Source of the DNA: Haplodiscus bocki
Taxonomy: Eukaryota
DNA length: 64,000 nt
Direction: 5' to 3'
NCBI GenBank assembly: GCA_965655095.1
Contig: OZ296648.1
Span: 104,718,001-104,782,000, forward strand
Shown here: one piece after another, positions 51,169 to 61,360 of the stretch
Layout of the letters: each line of letters begins with the position of its first letter
Numbering within the stretch: position 1 is the stretch's first letter
Notes under the pieces: model-generated
What the model saw: the letters and a program-made list of their open reading frames with translations, nothing else
Told to the model about the DNA's origin: nothing
Databases searched by the model: none
Made by a program: the position numbers and the translations under genes

Positions 51169-52480
51169 GACAGGCTTTGTGCCGGAAATTCCTGGTCTGT
51201 GCGGTCCATCTTTGATTATATATTTTTTTTTGAACAGGTGATGATTTTATTCAAAGTAGCATTAGTGACGAGTTCGATGAGATGTTTTTGCAAATTGGTT
51301 GTTTGTGAGAATCGTGTGGGCCACAATGAAAAGAATACAGAACAGTTTTCTATCGCAACAGATTTTAAAGATCCTGCGTAGCATATCAGCTCCTAATGAC
51401 CTTCTGTTGAGATCGAGATTCGAATCATGAAACATGAGCGGGACGCCAGCGTCGACATTTTTCCTGAATGACTGTGAGAATAACATTCCATCATCAAGTT
51501 TTTGGAGTTCCATATCGAGGAACAAAGTAATGAAGTGATTTTCCGGTTTTGTTAAGTGAGTTTCAGGTGTTCATGCGTTGTGTTGACAAAGTCAAGTAAA
51601 CCAATCTCAACACCAAGTTGTAGGGTTCTGATAACATTGTATCGTAAAAAAATTCCTGAACCTTCCCAATTCAGAATCATATTTCGATACAAAATTTGTT
51701 GCGCGTGGCGAACCAAATGAACTGCCCCCAAGCAACGCCGTCACTCTGCTTGAAGTATCCTTGATAGGTTAGCTTGATTAAGTCTTTCACAATCGTTTTG
51801 AGAAAGACTTTGAAAGTAGACTAGCTAACACAGATAGGTGCATGACAAGTGGTAAAAACGACTCAACTGGGTAACAAATGCTAAAGTAGAAGGGGACTTC
51901 TCTTAACTCTCATATCTAAACTCAACATCTACTTCTTTGCCTAGAGACGATATTGGGTTGGTCTTGAGGGCATCCTTCCAGTCGGACATGATATTGGCCT
52001 AAGACAGTTGTTTCAGGATACCAGAAGGAGAGACGGAGAGACTTTCGTTTTGTGAGTCAGCAATTGGGAATACTGTCATTGTCGGAAAATTTTTTCGATG
52101 TGAATACACCAGAACATAAAACCTTACAGCCTGTGATTCTACTGGATGGACTGTCTTGTACAGCTTTTCGGAGAATAATCCATTTCTTTGCATGTCTAAC
52201 AACTTCTTCCAAAACTTCGTTTCTTTTTACATATTGAAGTCAGCAGAGGCCTCGGTTTTTTCCAAACTGTGGATCGTTGAAAAACTTGTCCATTTCTTTG
52301 TTCTCTTTCTTCATGAGGATAAAACGGGTTCCAATGTTGTACGGTAGGGCTAGTGTTTCTTTGCATTTCAGGCTTTCTGCAGTTTTTGATCTTTTGTGGC
52401 TGTCTTTGTCCTTTGCAATGTTCAAGATAGCCTTCAGTGAGTGCAGTTATTTTGATTGTTACCTCCACCGGAGCTTCTCT
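51169..52480 (-). pseudogene. Penelope-like element reverse transcriptase remnant (5' part of the split PLE ORF)
   Basis: Minus strand: LPYNIGTRFILMKK (PxDKG), LYKTVHPVESQAVRFYVL..H (P-x-GS-x-P-x-R-x-YGLPKxHK), YFKQSDGVA/GSSFGSPRATNFVSKYD (Y-x-Q-x-x-G-x-AMGS-x-L-x-P-x-LANIF, ~51,685-51,760), FLRYNVIRT (RYVDD site decayed), FLDMEL..FRKNVDAG..H..RRSL..MLRRIFKICC..ILTNNQF, TLNKII. Confidence 0.88.
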
Positions 52481-52489
52481 AGTGTTAGT

Positions 52490-53030
52490 TTGTGTGCTGT
52501 GCAAGAGTGAGTCTTTGTGTGTTTGTGCATTTTCTTCGGTTGTGCTTCCTTGTTCTGTTTTTTATCCTTTCGTGACAGTTTAAAAATTGTGTTTATATGC
52601 TTTTTTGTGAGATTGTGCCCGTGTACAATTGTCTGCTGGTGCTTGTGTCTGTGAGTGATTTTGTGTGTATGTGTGTGTGTTTGTTTTTGAGACTTTTTGT
52701 TTTTTATTATCCGCTAGTGTGTGTGCTTGCCTTTGCGTTTGTGTGTGTGTGTGTGCGTGTGTTTCTGTCTTTTTGTTTGTTCGTTAATGTATTTTTATGT
52801 TTCTTTTTGGTTGGATAAGGATTGTGCTTTTTGTGATCTTATGAGAGAGATAGAGTGAGAAGTTAGTGTAGGCGTTTTTGTGTAAGTCTGTTTTCCTCCG
52901 TGTGTGTGTTTCTTCGTCTGCATGTAATTCTGCGTGTGTGTCTTAAAGCATGTTGTTTTTGTGTTCATGCGTTTGTGTGTTTGCCTGTGTTTTTGAGTAT
53001 TAGAGAGATGATTTGATAAAGTGACTGAGA
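52490..53030. repeat. (GT)-rich low-complexity / degenerate microsatellite tract
   Basis: Many gtgtgt runs in a T/G-skewed tract; source of the spurious V/C/F/L-rich ORF 52597-52818. Confidence 0.85.
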
Positions 53031-53664
53031 GATTGGAGACCCTATGTTTTAGGATAAATTACACTGAGCCCAAAGGAGTCAAGCGCCGAGAAGTTATTTC
53101 AACTGTTAGTTGGAGCCTTCGGGATACGTATTATTTGAACCTGATTGATTGACAAATTTTTACAGGTTGAATTAGCGGCCAAATCCTCAATGTAATAAAA
53201 AAGAGCGGCCTTGCGTTGGTTTTGGCTAAATTTCGTCAAAATAAAACATAGCGCGACAAGGTGTTACGCAGGCTATAATTCGGTATTGCATTACAACAGG
53301 GTACACATGGGCAATGTTTTAGAATAGGGTGACAATTTTTCACGATTGGGTGCACCTTATAAAGATAAAAACATAGGATATTTTTTGGTTTCGATTAATG
53401 GGGATATACACGATACCGCTAAGTTAACGGCGGATCAGATGAATAGCTGATTGAAACTCTAAAATCTCAACCGAATGCGGATTTGAACCTGAACGGACGG
53501 CGTGCGGAGAAGTTTTACGGCTTGTACAAAATTTAATGCCTGCCGATAGTGTTGTGATTCAATGGTATGTAAAAAGCTCAATTCATAGTTTACCATAAAG
53601 TTTTTAGAGAATAGGAATATCAACAAAACCTCGTCTATTTCGCAAAGTTATATTGTGAAAAAAC

Positions 53665-54055
53665 ATCATGTTGAGTTACTTTTAAACCGAAGGAAGTGCA
53701 ATAACATCGTTGATTCTATTTTTTTCTATCACGAACTTAAAGATTTGAAATGCTGCAAAAACCATGTACAAACAACAAACGCTATGATGGGACTTTACTG
53801 GCTCTGCCTTTATCTGCCGGTAGTGTTTCTGGAGGATAGTGTACGTTCACGTCCATGATGACCAGCAAAATACAATGTGTGACAAGCGTTTGGTATATTT
53901 ATCCAATGCTAACCCTGATTAGATCTGGGTTGCATTTCTATGCGAGCAAAAGTCTCAAAGAAACATTTGTAACAAATTCTGGAGGAAATGAACAGAAGTA
54001 CCGAGACTTCGGTAGAAAGATACAATAGAATAATTGCTGGAGAACCAATTTATCC
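53665..54055 (-). pseudogene. Polinton adenain-like (C5/Ulp1-fold) cysteine protease remnant
   Basis: Minus strand: RYFCSFPPEFV (G-x-F-P-x-D), QPRSNQG*HWI (GEHW catalytic His), TLYFAGHHGR (YFDSxG), EPVKSHHSVCCLY (Q-x5-CG catalytic Cys). Confidence 0.8.
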
Positions 54056-54061
54056 GTTTGA

Positions 54062-55400
54062 GATATTCTCTTCATTAACGCCAAACTTAATTAATGCAAC
54101 CCTTGACGTTCATCTTTTTAATACACTGAGTTCGGAAACGTTTTCAAGAGGGAGCGCAAAAACTATTTCCAGCCTCAGTGACTTTCTCACTTGTTCGTGG
54201 TAAAAAAAATCTCTTATGCAACATTTTGTAATGAAGTCAAATCGAACACTAGTGCACAGGGTTCAATGAACTCATCATTTGCATTTGACCAGATGTCTTG
54301 AAAGTTCCTTGCGTTAATCGTCGGAACATATAGGCGAAAATTGTCAGCAGCATCAAAATCAACCAGTGGTGCTACCCTATGGATTTTCCAAACTGATCCG
54401 GATCAACCTGTTGATACCAGAACGGAATCTAAGTATACGATTTAGTCAACGCAGAGTTTGTGTTCATTGCAAAAACAACCTGAGGAACTAGAATGGTCAG
54501 AATTGTTCTCGTGAAGGGATTGTTTTTTGTCGATTGTAAAAAACTTAATTTTCTGTTAGAGTCTCCAAATAGTCATATTCCACTTTAGTATAGGCAAGCA
54601 TGCCCCAATATTCTTGTGATGAACCTCTTTTAATGCAATAATTCGAGTGTAAGGCGCAAAATTAGTTTTTCCAAGAGTAACTTTGGTGTTGTAGCTAATC
54701 ATCTAAGGAAGAAGTCTGGTTGTGATTGATCGTCGCTTAAGTTTAATATTTAGCCTAAACAACTCAGAAGTGGAGAAAAAGTCAAAAAACCATACGAAAA
54801 AGCCATCGAGTTTACTAAGCATTTCATTTTACTTGTGAAAAAAGGTTCAGACAAAGGTGAATCAAATTTTTCAACAGAACATTCTTCATTGTCATAGGTT
54901 TTACAGTGCAAAACGTTTTCGATTGAGAGATTGCTTGCCTAGAATCGTTGGAAATGTAGTTTTTCTGCGCGTATGATTGCTCAGAGGTGAAAAGTTACTA
55001 TTTTTCCAAGTGCCACTTCAACAATGAAAAACATTGAATAGAAAAAACTGTTTTGATGAGTAACCAGAAAAACTGGAATATCTTCCTTCGTCTTCTTCAT
55101 CTGGAGGCGTGTCTTCCTTTTCTTCTTGGTTTTCATTAAGGAGTTTTTGGCCTTGTAAGTTTCGTAATCAAAACTTTTAACAAATTTCAGCTTCAAAAAT
55201 GAAAAATCTGTCTGAAGTTAAGATAATAGTTCCAATGTTTTCAAAGTTAAAAATCTGTGCCGTTTAGTTTGAGTGAGGTGACACAGTCAAATTCAATTCC
55301 GTAGGGAAGACAAAAGATCGTCAACTACTGGGATTTTCCTTCCACGGTTTCCAGAAAATTCCACATTTGTTTAATACCAAATCCTTTTAGACGTTCTTAG
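54062..55400 (-). pseudogene. Polinton major capsid protein (double jelly-roll) remnant
   Basis: Minus strand, across frameshifts: LKLKFVK, VTHQNSFFYSMFFIVEV (N-x-x-HS-x-F-x-x-V-x-V), DFFSTSEL..IKLK, AMNTNSALTKSYT*IPFWYQQ (G-x4-NPF-like), VDFDAADNFRLY, ALVFDLTSLQ (FDLT), SLRLEIVFALPLENV (LRLE-x-x-F-x-x-PL). Length is about 440 codons. Confidence 0.85.
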
Positions 55401-55496
55401 TGAGAATTGTTTGTAAAAGCGTTCTTCGCAACCAAGTGATTTGTTTTGCAGAATTTGCGGGAATTCTGCTCGCAAGTTTCTTCTTGCTACCACTAT

Positions 55497-55754
55497 TTAA
55501 CTTTTTTTTAAGATTTTGTCTTCCCACGTTGTGGGCTGCTCTCCTAAATTTCTTTTCGCCACATACAACATCTGCGTTTCTGGTGGAACACTTTCTAACA
55601 AGTCAGCAAAGATATGTTTTGCAGTTAGATTGACATATTTTGGCAAATAGAGAATTGCGGTTTTTCCATTAACCTGTGCGACTCCACGAAATCCTCGTTC
55701 ACGTTGTCGGCCAACACTTCTGTTGGAAAAATTTGCTGAATTTTTTGTAGCCAC
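55497..55754 (-). pseudogene. Small basic virion core / membrane-lytic-like protein typical upstream of Polinton major capsid genes
   Basis: ORF with RQRERGFRGVAQV (decayed Q-R-G-x-G protease-site motif followed by an amphipathic stretch), located between the minor and major capsid genes. Confidence 0.6.
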
Positions 55755-55777
55755 CCTCTTTTAGCGTTCTTTTTCGG

Positions 55778-56544
55778 TTAAAAATGAAAGTTGGAGGCTT
55801 TTTCGAACATCAAAAGCAACCGATTGAGACAAGCAGTTACTAGGAAGTTTTTTCATTGTTATTGCGTCTCAAATCGTGGTGAAAACTATTTTATACTTTT
55901 AAAGCAGCATTTTTAACTCTAGCTTAGGAAAGGTCTGATAATTCATGTGTTGTCCAGAAATTCTAAATTCCGCAGACTTTGGTTTTGAAAAAACAAGAAA
56001 GCAACGCAGATTCGAAACTGTGAGAGTGTTTATATTGAGAAAGTAAATGTGGATATCGTCCGAAACGAAATCTGTCTTTTTGAACTCTTTTCTTTCTCTA
56101 AATCACACCAAATGTTTTGCCTACATTACTTCCAAAAACTTTTTTCAAAACAGTACTGAAAGATGCAGTACCAGATGTTTCCTACTCATGCTGTTACCTA
56201 GCTTTTCGAATTTTTCGAGACACTTTAGTTTTGATACAACTTCCGATGTTAATGTGTCTCTCTGGAACGATATTGCTTTTGGCTTAGACTTTATTGAGAG
56301 TGGAAGGGTAAAGACCGGGCTCCATATGGTATTTAACGGACGAATTTGAATGTTTTTTTTTCAAATCAAAGACATTAGTATCCCCTCCGAAACTTTTTGT
56401 GCTTTCATGGGTGACAGAGTTCCAGAACTGCAAATTCAGATTGCTTTCCGGATTGTTTGGTCCAGCAAAACGCTCGAAAAAAATCGACTCTTTTGTCTAG
56501 AAGTCGCTGAGCCGATACAGCATCTCAATCGTAAACTAATCCAT
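55778..56544 (-). pseudogene. Polinton minor capsid (penton-like) protein remnant
   Basis: Starts MD*FTIE (F-x-I-x-L-x-SN-type start), internal CIKTKVSRK..VLKKVFGSNVG, ends VRKASNFHF*. About 255 codons, directly after the integrase. Confidence 0.65.
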
Positions 56545-56547
56545 TGT

Positions 56548-57430
56548 TCAAGGACTTTGTTCAACCCTTTTTGAGAAAAATCAACTCGTCCGTTCGCCTT
56601 CTGTTCATCATTTTTAGGGTATTTTGGCAGTTTTGTGGAACCATTTGCAATAAAATCAGATTGTTTCTGTGTAAGCTGTATTTTATAACACTTGCTGAAT
56701 GGTAAATCAAACTCGAAAATGCGAATTCTGTCTTCATTTCTGAGCGTGGATTTTCCTTTTCCTCGTAGTGCCTTGCTGTTTAGAATTGTTACAAGTTCAG
56801 AAATCTTGGCAATAATTAGGATCAAGTCTCTCCGTCAATTCTTTCTAGAACTCAGAGTGGAGGCAGAACGAGATATTTGCAGTTGTTTATTCCTCCGTAA
56901 CTTTCGACGTAACGGTGAAAAGCTTATTCCAAGGACCGTAATGTGCGTTCAGCAAACGCGACTTTTGTCAGATACAATTTAGAAGACATTGGTATCCTCT
57001 CAGCTTTGCAAAACTTCGCAAGCTCTCCAGCAGTGCCTTTGCGAAATCAATGTTCCTTGAGTCGATGGTTTTCTACTGTCTTAGATAAAAGTGTGTGAAC
57101 AGTTACCTCAGAAACTTTTGTTTGTTCACCATCTGCATCTACGGTTCTATCAATCAGGTTTGGGTGAACTAGTAAATACCGTTTTCATTTTTGCTACTCT
57201 CCAAATATATGCCAACGTCAAGTTTCATTTGGAACTTCAGTAAAAACCTCGACTCTTTCGAAATTACTTCTGGCCACAGTGAATGTTTTACAAGGAACCT
57301 TTGGATGCAAAGTTTGTTTAGCCTTTGTGCTGGTAGATTGCTAGTTTTCACTAAAATGCGAACAGACCCTTACGGTGCACCACACTGTGTGTAAAAAGTT
57401 TGTAGCTTCTGACGGTGAAGTTTCGAAAAT
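56548..57430 (-). pseudogene. Polinton retroviral-like (rve/c-INT) integrase remnant
   Basis: Minus strand: YTQCGAP*GSVRIL (Y-x5-A-x-GS), KNENGIY, AGELAKFCKAE, VAFAERTLRSL (A-x-x-AER-x-x-R-T/S-L), LNS, EDRIRIFEFDLPFSKCYKIQLTQ (GDxVRI..F-x-KGY), PKY..DE..DFSQKGLNKV (FY-x-x-EL-x-KV). Confidence 0.85.
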
Positions 57431-58040
57431 CTTCCAATTTACCCTCTCTTTGGACCCGGCATCGTCTTTCTGAATCACAGTTGGAGAAAAGCCAACAGCG
57501 TCAACAGAAGTAAAGTAGTCATATGGCGCAAGTAAAGCAGTTTTTCAACCATCGAATTGGTTCGAATGAGAAATTGAAAGCCTAATGCTAGGAGAAGACA
57601 TACTTTTTTCTACTAAGATGTCAACTCTAGCGAACATTTCTCTTGTTTTTTTTCAATCAGAGACAGACAATTTGCTATGTAGGTTTTTATTTAATTCGAT
57701 GTTTTAGAAGCTGTTGTTTCGAAATTGACTGCGTAGTTAATCTTTTTTTTCACCAAGATGCAGAGACGAGAACAAACTTCTTCATCAGGAAAAATGTTAG
57801 ATGACTGGAAAACTGTTGACTCCTCTGAGTTGTGAAAATTTTTTGGATGCTAAAGCGTGTCTTTTTTGCTTCCTAGTAATTCTTTTCTCAAATGTGAAAC
57901 AAACTTCGTTTGGAACTTTTGCCACTTGATGTCTTTTTATGCTTAGCAAATTTACCTTGAATAAAATTAAAATGTTTTCGCCGGAATACCGCATAAATTT
58001 TTCTGGGCAAGACAATAAGAAATGTTTCTGATTTAACGGG
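57415..58040 (-). pseudogene. Two small Polinton accessory ORF remnants between ATPase and integrase
   Basis: MKKFVLVS... (57,793) ending KERVNWKIF; and LLSCPEKFMRYSGENILILFKVNL..KQKRHALASKK (E-x3-N-x-L-x-GN-like pattern of small Maverick ORFs). Confidence 0.45.
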
Positions 58041-58069
58041 AGAATGCTGAATACACTTAGGCAATCAAG

Positions 58070-58710
58070 AGATTTTGCGTATCCATGGTACCAAAGAATG
58101 TTGCAACTGTTCGAGGTTAAAAAACTCCTACATGTAACATATCCGCTGTTTTTAGAGTACTTTGAACGTTCGTCTGTTCGTGGCGACAATTAAACTGACA
58201 TCGAACCCAAAACAAACGGACATCGCATCTCAAAACCAGGTAACCAGTTACGAGCGGAGACCTAACTGTCCATTTGGCAAAGTGACTTGCATCACAACAC
58301 GGAAGATTTGCAGAGAACAAAGTCTGTTTTTGGGAGCTCATCGTCCCGACTTAGTTTACATTGATGAAAAATTATGTGTTCAAAATATTTTGTACTCAAC
58401 CACGACATTTTCCAGCAGCAGCAATATCAACGAATGTTTTTGAATTGCAAGTATCTTCGCATGAATCGTCAAGGATTGACAAGTGTTTTGTACGAATAAA
58501 ATGATACTCTACTTCTTAAACAAAATCCAAAGTTTCAATCTCTTCATGAATAATAACGTGAAGTAGCCAATAGTTTTTCCACAATTTTTCTTCAAATTTA
58601 GGCTGAAACGTACCAGTTTTTAAAAAAAACTATAAAAAAGTGCTGTTTCTGAAAATCGGAGGGCCCAACCAATGATAAGAGAACCCAATCAACTGAGAGA
58701 GTTACCTTGT
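58070..58710 (-). pseudogene. Polinton A32/FtsK-like DNA packaging ATPase remnant
   Basis: Decayed Walker A SLVGPSDFQK (~58,650-58,680) followed by TGTFQPKFE, Walker B LSILDDSCE (~58,460-58,485), AAGKCRG (RH arginine motif), HNF, QVTLPNGQLG, LSPRTDERSKY. Confidence 0.82.
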
Positions 58711-59079
58711 TTACAGTCTTGGCGATAGTAAATTGTATCTTGTGGCACTTCACAAACGGTCCACACATATGTTCGTTTGGTCAGACGTCTCTGAGAGATG
58801 ATTTCTCCAGTTGCAACTTCAAACGAACAACAGAATGACAAAAATTCGGGTGAAAACGAAAATGAAGGTTCTGGAAAACTTTTCAAACAAACAAAACCAC
58901 AATTTTTTTATTCTTGTCGCCAAAGACAAACTTGCTGTGAAGGAAATTATATTCTCCATCAGCCACTTAGGTTGAACGCCCATATAGTAGAATTAAACTT
59001 GCAAAAATGAATCAATCAAATAATTTCTTGACGTAGACACAACCAAAACAATCCACACTACATTCACAACAACTGTCTA

Positions 59080-59529
59080 AGTGCTGCAATGTCCTCTTAC
59101 TACGCAATTTTGTCTTGAGCTCTGCGAAGTGAAATTTTGTTCCGTGTGAAAAAATGTAGTTTTGATCTGTTGCAGGAACACGAGCAAATATACAATTCCT
59201 CGGCTGCTTCGGGTTGTGAAAGATCTTGAAAAACCATAATCATACAGGTTTTCTAACTCTTGACTGAATCATTCGCATAGCAGTTTGCACTCATCTGTCT
59301 TTTGGGCAACATTTTCACCCCGTAGGATTCAAAAAACAATGTTTAGGTGCAGACTGTAACCCAAATTGCCACTGTCTTTACAATTGCGTGCAAATTTCTT
59401 GTTCACCAAAATGCTTGTTTTGAGGATTAATACTTTTATGGAGAACTAGATGAGTACCCCTGACAGAGCTACCAACTCCCTTTAAACGTTTTTATCAGCC
59501 AGCTCAATATCCAGTGAGAGGTACAACAT
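59080..59529 (-). pseudogene. DEDD-like 3'-5' exonuclease-family accessory gene remnant
   Basis: LSLDIELADKNV*REL (D-x-E..I-K-E-L Exo I-like start), KQAFW*TRNLHAI (W-x-T-x-x-x-HG-I-like), and a Cys/His-containing C-terminus. Confidence 0.5.
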
Positions 59530-60299
59530 AGTGCTTCAAAAGTTTACAGGATGGAAAATCGAAGGCAGACAGTTTTGAGTGGAGACCAATTAGTAGTCCA
59601 GTTACCCGACCAAAGAAACGTAAAATGGGTCCTCGTCCAATCATGTAACAGTAACCAGTTCCACTGCCTGTATGTGAACGTACTCCTACGGCAGCATCAA
59701 CTGTGCTAATTTTTAGTGCAACTACTTTGAAGTAGCAAATGACAAAGACCGAGTACGAGTCTCCTCAAAGAATGATTCCCTCAAAGCGAAAGTTTTGGCC
59801 CATCTCGGGTGGGATTCCATCGCTTCACTTTTACCAAGCACTTAGAAGAAAACTTTTTTGCAAATGCACTTGCGTCCAAGTCTTAATTTTAATTCCGATT
59901 AGGATTGCACATTGCTCATTGGAAGAAACATTAATTCAAGATGAAGTTTATTTCACTTGTGAAACGTTGTTTTGTCGTGGACGAGGCAACATTCAAAAAC
60001 ATGTCATTGTGACTCAATATGTATGCCCGTTTCTCCGAAATCGTCTGAGTTTTTGTTACTTTCAGATCATTAACAATGTCTTTGTTGTTAGAAACGTTTT
60101 CGTAAAGGTACATGACGTCGCTCAACATGTCTGTTGCAGTCATCTCTCTGGAAAACTACACGTTTTTCGTCTACCACTGTAGGTTGTCCACAGGGTTAAA
60201 AAATATTTATTTGGAGTAATAGTTCTAATATCTGGTAGTTATTGCTTTCCAACTAGACGTAGCCTCAGTTTTTTGGGAGAAGTTGTTGGATTTTTGATT

Positions 60300-61360
60300 A
60301 CAATATTATTACGTCCTTTTTTGATTCTTGATTGACAAAGAGGTTTCGATCATTTCAAAAAAACCAACTCATTCTCTTTCAAACAGTGAAAAAAAAGGTC
60401 AAGAGTGAAAAGGTACACATACTTCAACAAGTCCTTACAAATGCGTTGTTTTGCATTGACTTCATCACAAACAAAATGTTTTTCTGTGGGAGTTTTTGTG
60501 AAGACATCATATTAATTTTTCACATTGACGAATCAATGGGTTTTCTATTCTTTTTATGTTTCTCGTAATTATTCGGACTTGAGCATTCGAACTCTCTGGT
60601 TTGTCCACTTTTCACCACAGCAGAGTCCCTCAAGTTTTTCTGTTTAGACGATCCAAATTGTCAACTACTTTCTTAGCCAATTGAGTTGTTCATCCAATTA
60701 TCTTGACGAAGTTAGCATCTGCAATGGAGACAAAATTTGTTTTCTGCTGAAACTTCTCCTGAAGGAAGTAGCTGACTTTCTAATAGCATAAAATGATTGA
60801 AGTCTGCCAACCCTTTATGAGACTTTGTACAATCGAATGTCTCTGTTATCATCTCTTTGAAAGGACTCGAGTTAAATATCCAAAACAAAGGAGTCATTTA
60901 TAGACCGGCAAATTTATTCAAGTCTGTCATTGCTTTTCAAAATTCCAATTAGTCTAAAAAAGCATTAGTATTGTGAGCCACGGGTTCTTGTTGTTCAGAG
61001 ATCAAACTGGTTATTTAAGAAAATGTCTTTTATCCCTTGAAACTCAAACAACGGAAGCTGCAAATTGTGGCTTATAGACGCTCCTGTAATTTCTATTTGG
61101 TCACCATCACGCGAAAGTCCTTCAAAAAGATGTTCTTTTTCTAAGATCAAGGAAAGTAGATAATTGCATCAAAGGAACTTCTTCCCTTTTATAGTTTGCT
61201 TGTGCAAAAAACGTGATATTTTGTTGTTCAGAAGCGTTTATGCACCAAATTTCTTCAAACAATCAGACGGCTGCTGTTATGTTGCAAGCTTTTCACGGAT
61301 CTTACACAGAAATTCGGAAAAGAGTGTGTTTAATTCTGCAAACAGACGCAAAAGTGCAAA
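60300..61360 (+). pseudogene. Polinton accessory gene remnant (QSDGC-motif family)
   Basis: ORF 61164 RNFFPFIVCLCKK..FFKQSDGCCYVASFSRILH aligns by eye with ORF 46425 (WKVFTFWG.., FFTSGYHLL) and ORF 41957 (QQSDGCYSFTSGSHLV). The 5' boundary is a guess. Confidence 0.5.

Noticed and set aside
52597-52818. Hydrophobic membrane-protein-like ORF
   Set aside because: Product of the GT-rich low-complexity tract.
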